A DNA stretch of 64,000 nucleotides, from positions 186,001 to 250,000 of the forward strand of contig CBFDEM010000047.1 of assembly GCA_965603825.1 (NCBI GenBank). The letters run 5' to 3'. Below are positions 48,623 to 61,389 of this stretch, piece after piece. The position numbers were made by a program, and so were the translations under genes. The stretch comes from Blepharisma stoltei ATCC 30299 (taxonomy: Eukaryota; Protista; Ciliophora). Under the pieces are notes generated by a model. It had not been told where the DNA came from. It was given only the letters and a program-made list of their open reading frames with translations, and did not search any database. Positions within the stretch are counted from its first letter, which is position 1. Each line of letters begins with the position of its first letter.

Positions 48623-48649
48623 GTTTAATATTCGTTTAATATTCGTTTA
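48623..48649. repeat. 11-nt tandem repeat, ~2.5 copies
   Basis: gtttaatattc gtttaatattc gtttaa in an intergenic AT-rich spacer. Confidence 0.6.
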
Positions 48650-49094
48650 AATTTAATTAATTTTTCACGAATAATCAAAAAATTGAATATCAATTAAAAA
48701 GGGATTGTAATAATGAATAAAAGACTTTAAATTAAATTTATATGCCTATATTTAGATAAAGTGAGGTTGCTTATATTTGATACCACACTTACCCCAGATA
48801 TTATATTTTGTGATAGGGTTTGCATTAATCACTTCAAGAAGCCAAACAATCCTATGCAAGAGAGATCTTATCGAGTCCCAAATGGCTCATAAATCAATCA
48901 TTAAACAATGACTCATCAAATAAAAAACTTAAAATGTGCTAGGGTTACTTTGGATTTCAAAGACGCTTCAAATGCATCAGTAGTGTGACAATAGTGTAAA
49001 ATTGTGTGCCACCGATATGCTTATTGTGCACCAGCTGTGGCTATTTTTTCCTACACCAATTCTAAATATCAAATTCTTAAAACCATAATTTAAA

Positions 49095-50282
49095 TTATAT
49101 GCCTATGCTTTGGAAATATTCATCTAAAGAGCTTGCTGTATATCGATAAAATTCTCTATTTTCAGGACCAGTAAGCCTCTCTTCCCACTCACTTCCTTCA
49201 AAATTCTTTGCCAATTTCGCAATTTTTCCAAAAAATCCTCTAGCATATTTTCTTGTAAACCAATTTAAGATTGCATATGGAATAACCTGAAGACAAGGAT
49301 CAAAATTGGATATGAGCTTCACAACAGTTTTATTTCTATTGATTGGTATCAGCTTAAACCCGCAATAGTTTATTTTTGCCCTTCCAACATTCTCATCTAA
49401 TGGTAGCTCCACACCTTTAAAGTACTTTGACTCATCACAAGATTTTGAGACTACAAGCACAGCTCCATGGCTTCTCAACAAATCTGCCCCTATTCCATAT
49501 ACAAAAGTTTGCCTTGTAGCTAAACCTTGCACTCCAAATTCCTGCATCGCAATAATTCTTGAACGAGACAGCTTTCTGACACACATCGATTTTTGGCAAA
49601 AAGGGAGCCATTTTGGGTAAAGATCAAGCTCATAAAACATAGTGACTATGTTAAATATCCCTACATCAAGCTCAGCTTCAGTCAGCATAGAAATAGTAGG
49701 AGTATTTGGGACTTGTTTATAGCTTATTTTTATGTCTTCAGTTGATGACTCAGTAGTTCAGCCTTCTGTGTCATCAAAATAATGTAAACCCTCCATTATT
49801 TCTTCATACTCCTTTTGGAGCACATAAAGCTTTGGATGATTGTTCAGGTTGATATGATAAACTTCTTTAATTTCGTTAAATATATTGATCGCTTCGTGCA
49901 GCTTATCGTTATCATATAAATTTAGAATTCTGGAGATTGCTTCATCTTTTTCTGGGGAGTTGACTTCAAAATCGCTTTCTGAAGTCTGATTGTCGGCTTC
50001 AATTTCTAAGTCGTGGTTAAGAACAATTGGAGGACATTCTAAAACGCATTGTTCTTTATTAAAATTTGATGAAATGATAGAATTCTTTCAGTGGATCAAT
50101 AAGGGATCGATACTTTCTAGTAACTCTAATGCAGCTGTTTTGCCTACCAAACTTTCTAAGTCAGAGTCAGCTGTCAATAGAAATTGTTTGGATTCTTCTA
50201 GATCTCCAAAAAGGAATAAATTAATGGAATTTGAAAGTTGGTGTGAAAAGTAAGTAAAAATGTAGTCGTTTTCGTTTTCCAT
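49095..50282 (-). CDS. START-like domain protein
   Basis: One frame through TGA(Trp) at 50088 and ~49758. YELDLYPKWLPFC...FKLIPINRNKTVVKLISNFDP..IPYAILNWF. Confidence 0.78.
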
Positions 50283-50857
50283 CTTAATTATTTATAATTT
50301 TTTACTAAAAATTTGCAATTATACAGAGATTAGAAGGAAGCAGTATAAAGGAAATCTGCTATAAAAAAAATTTCAAAGTGCCCTTTAAAGCAAAATTATG
50401 CAGCAATAATTTCTAGCTTAGCTATCGAATAAACCTGGAAAAATATTTGATAGACTAGAAGTCATTAGGATTTTGAAGAAGTCTTAGAAGAAGATTTTAT
50501 CAAGGTAAATATCTGCAATATAATTCTCAAATGAAGCAAAGTTTAGGTTTGAAAAGATTGATGGCATTATTTTTCGATTACATAAAGAGTTATGTTAGAT
50601 ATACTTGGAATATTGCTATTTATAAGTGGTCGGATATGAATAGTCATGCTAAAAAGCATCAGAGAGATTCGCCAAATAATCATTAGGATACCTATCCAGA
50701 AACTTCGCCTAATTTATATCTGGTCTTATGAAAATAAATTTTATTAATAGGGATATTAAAAAATAACGATTCTATAAAATAATATTCAATATATTAAATG
50801 ATATGGGCTTCAATAAAATCATTAATTATAAAGATTATTTCAATTCTACAAATATAA

Positions 50858-51559
50858 ATGGGAGCTAACAATTCTTCAGAGTATCAAGAAATTAGCATAA
50901 GCAGATGCGGGGTAAGTGAAATTGATGACAATCTTCAAAAAGTTCTATCAATTCTAAATAGACTGCTCAGAAACCTAAGGGATTTAGAAGATTATGCTAG
51001 ATTATTTAAAAATTCTGTAGGACTACCAGCAAAACCAGAAAGCAATCTTCTCGATGCCATTAAACTTATGGTCATTTGTTACTCTGCTAGCTGCGGTGGA
51101 GATTTTTCAAGGATTAATTTAATCCATATTGATTCGAAACCTTATATCAACATAAGCAAGGCATCTCTGAGAAGAGAATATTGGGATATTTATGACAACT
51201 GGAATAATTTTTGCAGACTACTTGAAGACACTGAATCTTTAGCAAAAGAGCAAGAAAATATGGGCGGTTTCGATGCTAATTTTGACTTTGAAAAATTATC
51301 AGGATGGCATAAGACGAAGCTGATATCTTGGGGTTTATTTAATCTTAATAAAATAAAAAAGCTTGAGAGCACTATAGGAAATATTGACAGATTTAATGCT
51401 AATATGAAAATAGATGAAATTCCAAGTTTCATATCAAGGATTTTCGAAAGTGATTACGCAGAAATATGCGAAGCTGGAAGAGAAGCTGCTCGTGAGTATA
51501 TGTTCAATCCAAAAAGAATTTGTGACAAATTTTTGCCAAGATTGAAATCTATTTCTTAA
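50858..51559 (+). CDS. Hypothetical protein with possible N-myristoylation motif
   Basis: 233-aa ATG..TAA ORF beginning MGANNS (MGxxxS). Confidence 0.7.
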   Translation: MGANNSSEYQEISISRCGVSEIDDNLQKVLSILNRLLRNLRDLEDYARLFKNSVGLPAKPESNLLDAIKLMVICYSASCGGDFSRINLIHIDSKPYINISKASLRREYWDIYDNWNNFCRLLEDTESLAKEQENMGGFDANFDFEKLSGWHKTKLISWGLFNLNKIKKLESTIGNIDRFNANMKIDEIPSFISRIFESDYAEICEAGREAAREYMFNPKRICDKFLPRLKSIS

Positions 51560-53196
51560 TAATATTTTTTTAGATTTGATTAGTCTTTGTAATAATATCT
51601 TGCAGCCGCTTACTAATAATAAATGTTTTAGTCAGCGTTTTATGTAATATTTTTGATTTAAAAGTAAAACCGTTGAAGCGATGCTTAGCAATGCGAGTTA
51701 TTATTTAGAGTTTCTAATGCTGATGGAAAGAAATTATTTAAGATTAAATCATGAAATTATTGCTAAATTGAATTATAATAAAAAGTTTAATTTCAATTCA
51801 GAAATAGAAAATCAGCAAAATATGCTATATAGCATCCAAATGAATTTTCTCTTATCAGCATTTTAAAATTTCTTTATTTGATACAGATAAACTTTGAGTA
51901 GCTTTATAGCGTCTACTTTTGACCCAGTTTGCATCGTATTTCATGATTAGGAGAAGTGACATAACTATTCCTATAGTTTCAGATAATTACACTAGCCCAG
52001 TCCTTACAATTCTTCTGCATTTCCTGAATTTTCAAGAATTCCTAAATGCGTTACGATGGAATAAGCAGTTGTTGTTTATGGAAATATTACAATGGATTGA
52101 AATGCATTATTGATTTAAAATAGCAAGTAATGGCCATAGAATCACAATAGTTAATGATGAAAATAAAAGAATGGTAAAATCTCAGTATCAAAAAGATGAT
52201 TTTGAAGAGTATAAAACCTTTTTATAATAGCTCTTAATACTATTTAAATGGGGCCGGAAAAGTTTGCATTAGGAAATAAAATAAAAGCTAGTAAACTTAT
52301 AAAGAGCAAGGTTTTGGAGCAAGTATTTGATTGAATTAATTGAAATTGTGAAAAAGAAAACAATATTGCAGCATCAAATTCGATTTTTATCACATCTAGT
52401 AGACTTTTTATAAGCATTTTAAATATTAATAAGTATATTATTTAAGGAGTGTAGAATTTATCGATGAGCTAATGTGACAAAAGTTTTACAAGTCAAACTC
52501 TTGGATTTTTTAGATTTATGAGCTGGTTAAACTCAGAATATCATATTTATTTATATATTTATCAATTGCAAAAGGTGCCCACTTTTTAGCCTTATTTAGG
52601 ATGCTATATTTGCACACCATTTTCCCTCTCTTTAATTTATAAAGTGGGTTCATCCATGATAATATGGTATTTTTTGAATATTATTTGTAAGCCGAACATT
52701 GTAAGAGCTAAATTCTATAATTTCGCTAATAAACCTATTACCGCTATAAACTGGCAATAATTATAAAACCGAACAGAATCATGAATAATGCCATCAGCTA
52801 TCTTTCATTTTAAAATTGAACTATTCATTTATCTATCTTCACTTTCCAATTGTTTCTTGTAAAACAACTAATAATTTAGCAAAATATGCAAAATATATAT
52901 TTAAATTACAAGATTGAACAAATAATTTTCATTTAAAAGACTTCATATATGGACTAAATAAAATTACTATTTTTTAGTTTAATTCAAATTTAAAATTTCT
53001 GATGATTCAAACAAAACCGCAACTTCACAAGCAATACTACTAAAAGCCTATCTTTATGATTTTATTATTAGCTTCAGAGGCTGAAAAATTGAAATTCTGA
53101 TACTTGAATGGAAAAAAAAATTAAATTACTTGCTGCTATATTCTTAAAATTAGTGACTAAACTAGAAGTATTTTTTAATTATGTTCAGATATACCT

Positions 53197-53553
53197 TTAA
53201 TCTTTTTTAGCGAACAAGCTTTGCTTGATCTTTTTTAATTTTTCCAAGTTTTCTTTTCTAACTGCTAATTCACGCTTTAAGTGGTGTATAGGCTTTTGGA
53301 TATTTTCAGTGAGGCGCACAGCCTCATGTTGCTTTCCTGCAAAGCCAGCATCGTTGTTGATAAAAAGCCTGAGTTTTTTTAAGCTTTCTCCAACTTGGTT
53401 TATTTGAGAATTTAAAACTAAATAACGAGTTAAGTCAAAGCTTGAAATGGTTTGACTTAAATCGTAAGCATAAAGGCTTTGAATATCTTGCAGAAGCTGA
53501 ATGCAATCGTCATTGTTTGATTGCGATTGTATTGCTTGTTGCATGTCTTTCAT
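53197..53553 (-). CDS. Small helical hypothetical protein
   Basis: First ATG at 53553 (MKDMQQAIQ...) in an AAAAATG context; ends at TAA. Confidence 0.5.
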   Translation of the reverse strand: MKDMQQAIQSQSNNDDCIQLLQDIQSLYAYDLSQTISSFDLTRYLVLNSQINQVGESLKKLRLFINNDAGFAGKQHEAVRLTENIQKPIHHLKRELAVRKENLEKLKKIKQSLFAKKD

Positions 53554-54670
53554 TTTTATTATTGGACATGGTGAAAAGCTTGACTCTAAAAGCAATTATA
53601 AACGTAGAATTTTAACTGGATAATCGAATAGAATTTTATTATTAGATTAAAAATTTAGATTTTTTTCTTCGGGTCAACACTTAACTGGTCACTTTAGAAT
53701 TTGCCATTTTATTATCGACTTGGGATTTTTCTGGAATTCAGTATATTAATTTGGTTTTTATAGGTAATAATAAAATTTAAGTTCAGGATGATTTGATTGA
53801 TTGCATTTTATTCGAATAATTTTAATGATGTCAATTTCCAAAAAATACTGATTGGTCGCAAGTTTGGGAATTTAAGTAGATGTTGTAGAGGATTTATTAA
53901 GTCCTAATGTCAAAAATATGGAAGTAGCCTATATTTCAGCTTTCTGAATTAAATCATATAAAATTCAAAAATGTTTTAAATGCAGTTGGCCAAAAAAATA
54001 ATACCTAAGCAAATGTTTATATTTAAATTTTTGATTTGAGAATTTTTATAAATTTATTCCTTAATACCAAATTACTAAATTAAACATAATTTCTTGCCAA
54101 TATGTATTTCAAAAGGATTGAAAAAAATACAAGAAGAGTTATTTATTCGACTTGTATGCTTGATAGGCGACATAATCTATAGTATTTAATTCACTAACAA
54201 GCCAAAAATTTAGCCTTGATTAATAATTTAGTTTTTGTCTGGGCTTTAAACTTTCACATGAACAATTTTTGATTTACTTTGCAATCTGCTAGGAATCATT
54301 AATTATTAAGTGATATCTTTAAACAGCAAGGAAAATATTAAAATTAAATAGATATTTGCCTAAAATTCTTTATTGCCTCTTGACAATTTTTCTAGGGTTT
54401 TATAAATCAGGAAAAAAAACTTTGAAAATTATAAACTCGCTGCAATAAGGGAATATCGCAGCCTCTTTTGTAAGATATGATAAGTATCTATACTTGCGTC
54501 ATATTTTAGGTAATTCTAATCACCTGAGATTGTAAAAATAAATAAAAATCAAGATTGGATAATTTATCTAGAATTAGGACAACTCCACATTTATTAGCGC
54601 ATTATAGTGCCTATAAACTATATATATAAAATCTAATAAAATGATATAATTTTATAATAATATAGCATAA

Positions 54671-56755
54671 TTAAGCTTGTTTTAACTTCCAACAGTTTAC
54701 ATATTTGTGTATGCTCCCTGTAATAATATATTTTCCAGATCTTGTTATGCTTAATCCATTCAACTGAGATAAATTTGTATTAAATTGCATAATTTTTTCT
54801 CCAGTTTCTATATTTCATATCACAATTATCTTTTCCTCACCTCCAACAGCTAAGAGCCCTGCATTTGGGCAAGCCACCATATGATTAGCATTTTCATACA
54901 AACCTTCCAAAATTTTTATTTTTTGGTTTTTCAGAAAATCCCATATTATCACACTTCCATCTTTATCTCCAGAGTATAAAAATTTGTTGCATTCTGAAAA
55001 TCTCAGTGATCTTGGTCATTGATTCAAAAGGCTAACAGCTCTAATGTCTTGCTGATCAAATTTCAATATGGAAATATTTCAGTCAGACGTTGCAAAGTAT
55101 TCTCCATTTGGCGATCAAGCAACATTGTATGTACGAGACTTTAGTTTATGAATTGCCTCTTTTATTTCCAGGTCTCATAAAATTCCGAAATCAGAATGTC
55201 CTGAAATCAGAAATTTACCACAAAACGAAAATTTAAGTTGTGATGCTGGGGATCTAGAAGCCAATTTTGCATACAATATTTTGGTGTCAAGGTCTCATAT
55301 GTCTATTGTATGGCTACGAAGTGTACCTTCAGGACCTACAGCAATAAATTTTCGACATTCAGAAAATGAGGCATACCTAACTGCTTCACACTTATTTGAA
55401 ATATTATCCCATTTTTGGTTTTTAAGATCAAATCTGTCTATCCTGTAATTTTCAGTAACTTGATAAATGAATTTTTCACATGAAGAAAAAGAAATGGCTA
55501 AGATTTTATATTCATCCATCTCAATGCTTTTTTGTACTTTTTGTTTTTCTATGCTTCATAGTTTTATAATTCTTTTTTCTTCAGCAAATGCTATATATTT
55601 TCCAGATGGCGAAAATTTGCATTTTGCTGGGCCCCTTCAAATGCTTCTAATCAAAGCTAATTCTTTTTGATTGTTAATGTCTCATAAGCAGATTGTGCCT
55701 TTGGAGTGCGCTGAAACTAACAAATTTTTGCCTGGGGATCAAGATAGTGAATGGACCCAGCCAATTTCTTTGCAATCTAACCAAAAATTGAATTCTTTAG
55801 TTTGAAAATTTAATAGGGAAATAATTGAGTTGTTACGCTTGCTACACCCATTCAGGGCTAAATATTTATCATTAGGAGAAAAAGCAATAGCTTGTACTGA
55901 CCAGTCTGTTCTAAAGCTTAATTTCTCGTTTTCAACAATTTTTTCTTCACTTAATGCAGTTTCATGCACCCTTTGCCCAGATCAATAGAGTAGTATTTTT
56001 CCAGATTGGCTAAAAGCGATATTGCAGTCTGAAATACATTTAATTCTTTTGCATTTACTTTGATCTTTTAAATCATATACTTGTATAAAATTATTTCCAT
56101 TGCAAGCAATATACCTCCCATATGGTGAAAACATAAAATATCTCACCCCATGCACATAATTTCACCTAAAAATTAATTTTTTTGATTTTATATCTCATAA
56201 TTCTAAGCCTTTTTCCTTACTTAAAATGGCAATATAATTTCCACATGGAGAAAGCTCTGCTCAATCAACATTATGCTTATAATTGCCAATCTCTGGAAGT
56301 ATAACATTCTTTCTTAGCGCTCAGATTCTGATTCTTCTATCATTACTACATGTGAGTAAAAATTTTTCATCTTTTGATATATTTATATTATTTGGAGAAC
56401 TTTTTTGTTTATATAGATCAGCAGAACTACTGAATATTGCATTTGTTAAGTCACAGTGATTGAATTTACAAAAATAAAATTTGGACTCACTAAAGTTTAC
56501 TCCTTTAAGATTACTTCCTTCAAAATTGGTCTTAATAAATATACTTCCAGATAAATCTGTGTGAGGAATTTTAATTTTGCTGAAATCTAAATTTTTAAAA
56601 ATAAAATTAGCTCGATTTAAAATGCAAATTGCATTGCTTGCTGCTAAATTAATAGAGTCTGTGAGGCTTGATAGTTTTATAATATCACATAAAATATTGT
56701 TAAGGTTATCAGTTAAAAGCAAGCTAATGAAATGAGCAATATCTTTGTCGACCAT
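54671..56755 (-). CDS. Pentapeptide-repeat plus WD40-repeat protein (694 aa)
   Basis: ORF fragments 56321..56755, 55739..55969 and 55295..55519 share one frame. AASNAICILN..F.FKNLDFSKIKIPHTDLS..F..TNF.GSNLKGVNF is followed by many FSP.GKY.A / IWD-type repeats. About 15 in-frame TGA; TAA at 54671-54673. Confidence 0.82.
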
Positions 56756-57084
56756 GAAATTAATTTTGTTGAAGTATAATGCGTTGTATATATTTTAACA
56801 CCAGTTAATTTGTCTTAGCAAAAAATAATGAGGATTTTATTTGCTTGGGTTTATTTTCCATCTTTTATTATTAGCATCTTTAAATCTAATATTTTAAACA
56901 TTATTTTGATGATTATTGGAATATCTTTAATTCTAAAGGACTTCTTGATAAATTTTTAGCTTAATTTAAATCTTTGCTATTTTTAATTCAATAATTTGAT
57001 GCTAAACAAAACTAAATTATTGCAAGCATGAATAATTTATAAGAAATAATATATCCAAGAAACCTAAAATTAATTAATTTAAGT

Positions 57085-60000
57085 TTATTTTACTCCAACA
57101 TACTTTGTTCTAAGTCTCTGGTTTTTCACTACATCATTATTGTCTTTATTCCAGTGCCTTCTATCCCTAACGTTTTTTCGAGGATTAGAATATGGAACAA
57201 ACACTCCTTCAAGTCTCAAATATTTATGTTCTAAATGCTCAGCTCTTTCTGGAAAAGCTTCAAACCACTCTTCTTTTGTAGATTTATTTCTATTTATATA
57301 CCAAATCTTATGTAAATTTGCATTTGAAGGATTCCAGGTGATAAAGCCTTTATTTTTCTCATCGGTGGTTACAATAAGCTTCACTGTTTTATATTGTCCT
57401 GAAGTAAGCATTGCTGCTTTTTGTGCTGGAAGTTCTGTATAAGGCTCCATAAGTGCTTTGAAATATATTGGAAAATCATTACCTCCAGAAAGAGTTCCAA
57501 GTAATAATCCAGCTGCTTCATTAAGATTTAAAGTCCTGGCAAACCATTCAGCTTTAAGATAGGTGTTATTCGAGTCCGTTTCAATGTTATGGGCCACTTT
57601 TTTGTGAGCTGTTGCTTCTTTTCTCACTGCTTGAGTATATAAGTTTTGAATGAACTTTAAAGAAGCATCAGGATCAAAAATATTTACGAACTCCCCTCTT
57701 GCTATTGAATTTTTTCTGTCAATTTCCCTTTTATCTCTGATTGATTGGAAAACTAAAGCGAGTTTTTGCTCATTTGTAACGATTCCTAGGCTTTCTAAGG
57801 AACTATGAATAGGAAATCCAAATTGCCCCATCATGTGTAGGATTTTATAGAGCATCCCTCCTGGTTTCATTTGGGCTGGGATTTTATCAATAAAGGACTC
57901 CGCTCTTGGTGAAAGCTCATCAATTTTTCCTGTAAAGGTGAAATTGAACTTCTTATGGGCGTGATATTGATAATCTCTATCAACTCGCTCTAATTCTGTT
58001 AAAAACTTTTGAGCGTAATAGGAAATCGAAAATCCTTGGCTTTCAACCTTTTCTATATATTTTGAGGCATCAATATCCAGCATTTTGATGACGAAATCAA
58101 AAAACGTAATTTTTGCAGGGAAAATAATCCTGCGTCTGAATTCTTCTTCAAAAATGTATGGGAATAAAATTTCTGATTTTTGGAAATCGCCTGTTTGATG
58201 CACACATAAAAGCTTTGCTAAAAATGCTGAGTTATTATGAATCGTGCTGGGAAGCCTGCTTGAAACATTAGTTAAGTATTCATCAAATTGATATTTAAGT
58301 CTCCCCAGAAAAAGGTCTTTGTTGTCTCTATATAAAGCTAAACAGGTTTCTCTAATTAAATTCAATTGGAAATACTGAAAATCTGTTTGAGCATCTTCAA
58401 TAGCTTTGGCGTAGAGCATATAAGGGAACTCGTCTAATTGTTGGTCTTCATATCCCAGCACATTGACTGTGACGTTCCATCCTATTAGTGGCTTTATTTT
58501 TTCTTTTGCGATTTGCCAATGATCTTCGTTGATATAAACTGGGAAAATTCCATTAATAATTTCATTAGGTAGCCCTTTGATAATTTCATTTGCGGGCAAT
58601 GGCTTGACTCCGTTTTGATATGATCTGGAGCCTTGAATAATCTGTCCTGCTTTGGTTTCAAAAAGCGCTGAATCGATAAATGAGTCTGCAGTTATAGAAT
58701 AGACAAGGATTTTTTTTATTTTAATTTCATAGGCAAGTCCTAGTAAGTCTCTTGGCCTTTCAATTTCTAAAGTCATACAAAAACAGTCACCATCTGGAAT
58801 TGCATCAATTCAGCTTTTGCCTGAGATAATACAATTTCCGTACTCAGTGATATGATTTGCATATTTTTGCTGTATTTCAGGGATATTAAATTTCATTACT
58901 GCCTCATTGATGTTTGATTCTGTTTGATTCAACATTTCATGTGCGGCTCTTGACTCTTTCGCTAGCTTCTTTTCTAGATTCCTAATCAAGACTAATTTAT
59001 GAGCATAATTATTAAGCTTTGCCAGCTGCAAATTTGTTAAGTCTCCTATTGAAGTTTCTCTCATAATTTCATAATAACAGTTAAATAGCTCTTTTGCCGC
59101 ATTAAAATAAATTGTGCATTGTTTTCTCTGGAAAATCCTCAGCCTTCTCGATTCTCCTTCAAGATTATCAATTCTCCTATTCATTTCTTCAATTAACGGA
59201 CAAATTTCTTCCAAATTTTTCCTTTGGTTTTCTGTTTTCATTTCCAAAATCTGAATAATTTTCGCACTCACAAAGTTAGTGACCAAATGCACAAGTTTTC
59301 TGAAATCATCTGTGTCCCCTCTTGTGTATTCTAATTCATAAACTTTTACAGATGAGCCTTTGTGTACTTCGATTTTACAGTCTTCTAAGTCGTTTTCACT
59401 AATATAGATTAAGCCTTCATACATGTCTTCTTGATGGGATCTTTCAATTGAAATTTTATAGCTTGCATTATTTTCTGTAGAAATAAATCGTGCCCAAATT
59501 GCAACTTCGAAAGCAAGCTCATAAATATTGTTAACAGCTACAGGGATTCTTCCGCCTGGAGGGACATATTGAAAGGAGCCAGGCTTTGTCCCACTTTGAG
59601 ATAGAGCAGTTAAGAGGGTAGCGTCATGGTTTTCAGAAAAACCTATTGAATGTACAGCAATCGAGGTTCCGAGATTTTCCATGTCTTTTTGGAAATTTTC
59701 CATAATGGGGATCAGCTGTGCTAATCCGTCGTTGTCTTGACCATCTGAAAGCCAAATGCAGAAGACGCTTTTCATGCCTTTTTCTTTTATTTGTTTATCG
59801 ATAGCTCCGATTACAGGAGCGAATAAAGTTCCTCCTAAAGCGCTGAGATTTTCAGCTGTGTTAATGACTGCATCAAATCCATTATCACTTGAAGATACTT
59901 CCACAAGCCGATTGTTAAATAGATATAATGTGACTGGAATGCGAGCCTTTTTAAATTTCTGAATCAAGCTTAGAGTGGCTCCTTTTGCGTCCTGGATTGG

Positions 60001-60153
60001 AGGTCCAGCCATAGATCCACTTCTATCAATCGCAATAATTACGTTTAAATTATCTATTTCAGCACCTCCTGCTTGAAAATCAGGAATAAACAGTTTAATT
60101 GCCATGTACTCACCTACGAGATGAATGAGCTCACCTTGAACGATGTTTGCCAT
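57085..60153 (-). CDS. von Willebrand factor A domain protein (1022 aa)
   Basis: MIDAS IDRSGSM, GGT and LSDG. Joined to ORF 57085..58776 through TGA(Trp) at 58810. Confidence 0.85.
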
Positions 60154-60247
60154 ATTGTATCAGTATTAAAAAATTATTTTCTTTATAAGTGAAACTCCCA
60201 ATCATAATGCTCAATATGAATTATTCCCGACTACTTTAGCAATTTAT

Positions 60248-60832
60248 TTATTTATTATTATTTCCTTTATTCGGCTCGTAATTTTTGATTTCGTAGATTT
60301 TGCACTCTGCGATTATTGACTTTATAAGGACACATGTAGTAAAAATTATTATTGGTAGAGACATGCTTAAGACAGAAATTGGTACGAGTCTTATCCAGAT
60401 CGTTAGCTGTAATTTCAGATACATAAAAATCTTTCTTGATAAAGTTTCTTGGAGCTGGATTATAACTTTCTTTTTTCTTATTGTCTTAATAAGTTTGGTG
60501 AAAAGGAATTTCAATCTATAAATTATATAGAGAATGACAGGGATATTGATAGCTGCACAATAGAATGACTGGCTTCTCCTAATTGTTTTGAGTATTTGCA
60601 AGAATGGCATAAACTTTACGCTTCCTTTAAGCTCGTATTTGCATAATTCACATGCTAAGCCTGTGTTTTCTGCTCTTGACCTAGCCAGCAAACTTCGAAA
60701 TTTGTATTTTTCTTTTAATCATTTTTGTAAGCATGCTTCGTGAACATACTTAATTGACCCCATGCATTTGCATGGTGAGATAATGTTTTCTTGATTTTGA
60801 GAATTTAGACAGATCCTGCATTCAAATGACAT
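60248..60832 (-). CDS. RING-CH (RINGv/MARCH) membrane E3 ligase
   Basis: CRICL...ISPCKCMGSIKYVHEACLQK-W(TGA 60719)-L...CELCK, followed by two TM segments. Confidence 0.9.
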
Positions 60833-61389
60833 TTATATTTCTATAAGGAAAGGTTGTTGATTAATTCTTAAATTACATTAATTTTATATTATGATTATAT
60901 AAAAGCTCAAAAATGCACTTATTGCTTTGTTTTAATAATGCTTAAAATTATGTTAAATTCGCTTTATATCAGAACTAGCTAAAAATTAAATCTAAAATTT
61001 CAGAATTGGTGTTCAGTTAATAATTTTTTATTTGCTCAATAAAAACATAAATAATTTTATTAATGTCTTATAGTTAAAACTTAACAGAAGCATGCCTTTT
61101 TTCAAATATTTGGGCTTTATCGATATGCAAGTTTCTATCCTACTTGCTTCCAATATTTATAATTTGCATCATATTAGCCAAACATTTAATATGCTTAATT
61201 TAGTCTCTCAATCTCTTTGAATTTTTAATCTATAATAATTTTAAATCCTTGCTTCATCGGGGTCTTTTATTTTTGCAATTAAATTTAACGAGCAGATTTA
61301 AGAAAGTAAATTAAAATTATATCAAATCCCTTTATTCATAAACCTCCAAAAATTGGCTATTTAATTATTGGAAAAAATATATGTTTCAA

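Noticed and set aside
48810-48990. Telomerase RNA (near-matches CCCTAGCA and CCCTATCA to the heterotrich CCCTAACA repeat, plus a TGTCA on the minus strand)
   Set aside because: No exact template of about 1.5 repeats, and TGTCA is not followed by a template.
51681-52227. Short ORFs 51681..51866 and 51943..52227 (the latter with UGA read-through)
   Set aside because: Short, AT-driven composition with no recognisable homology; cannot be told from chance.
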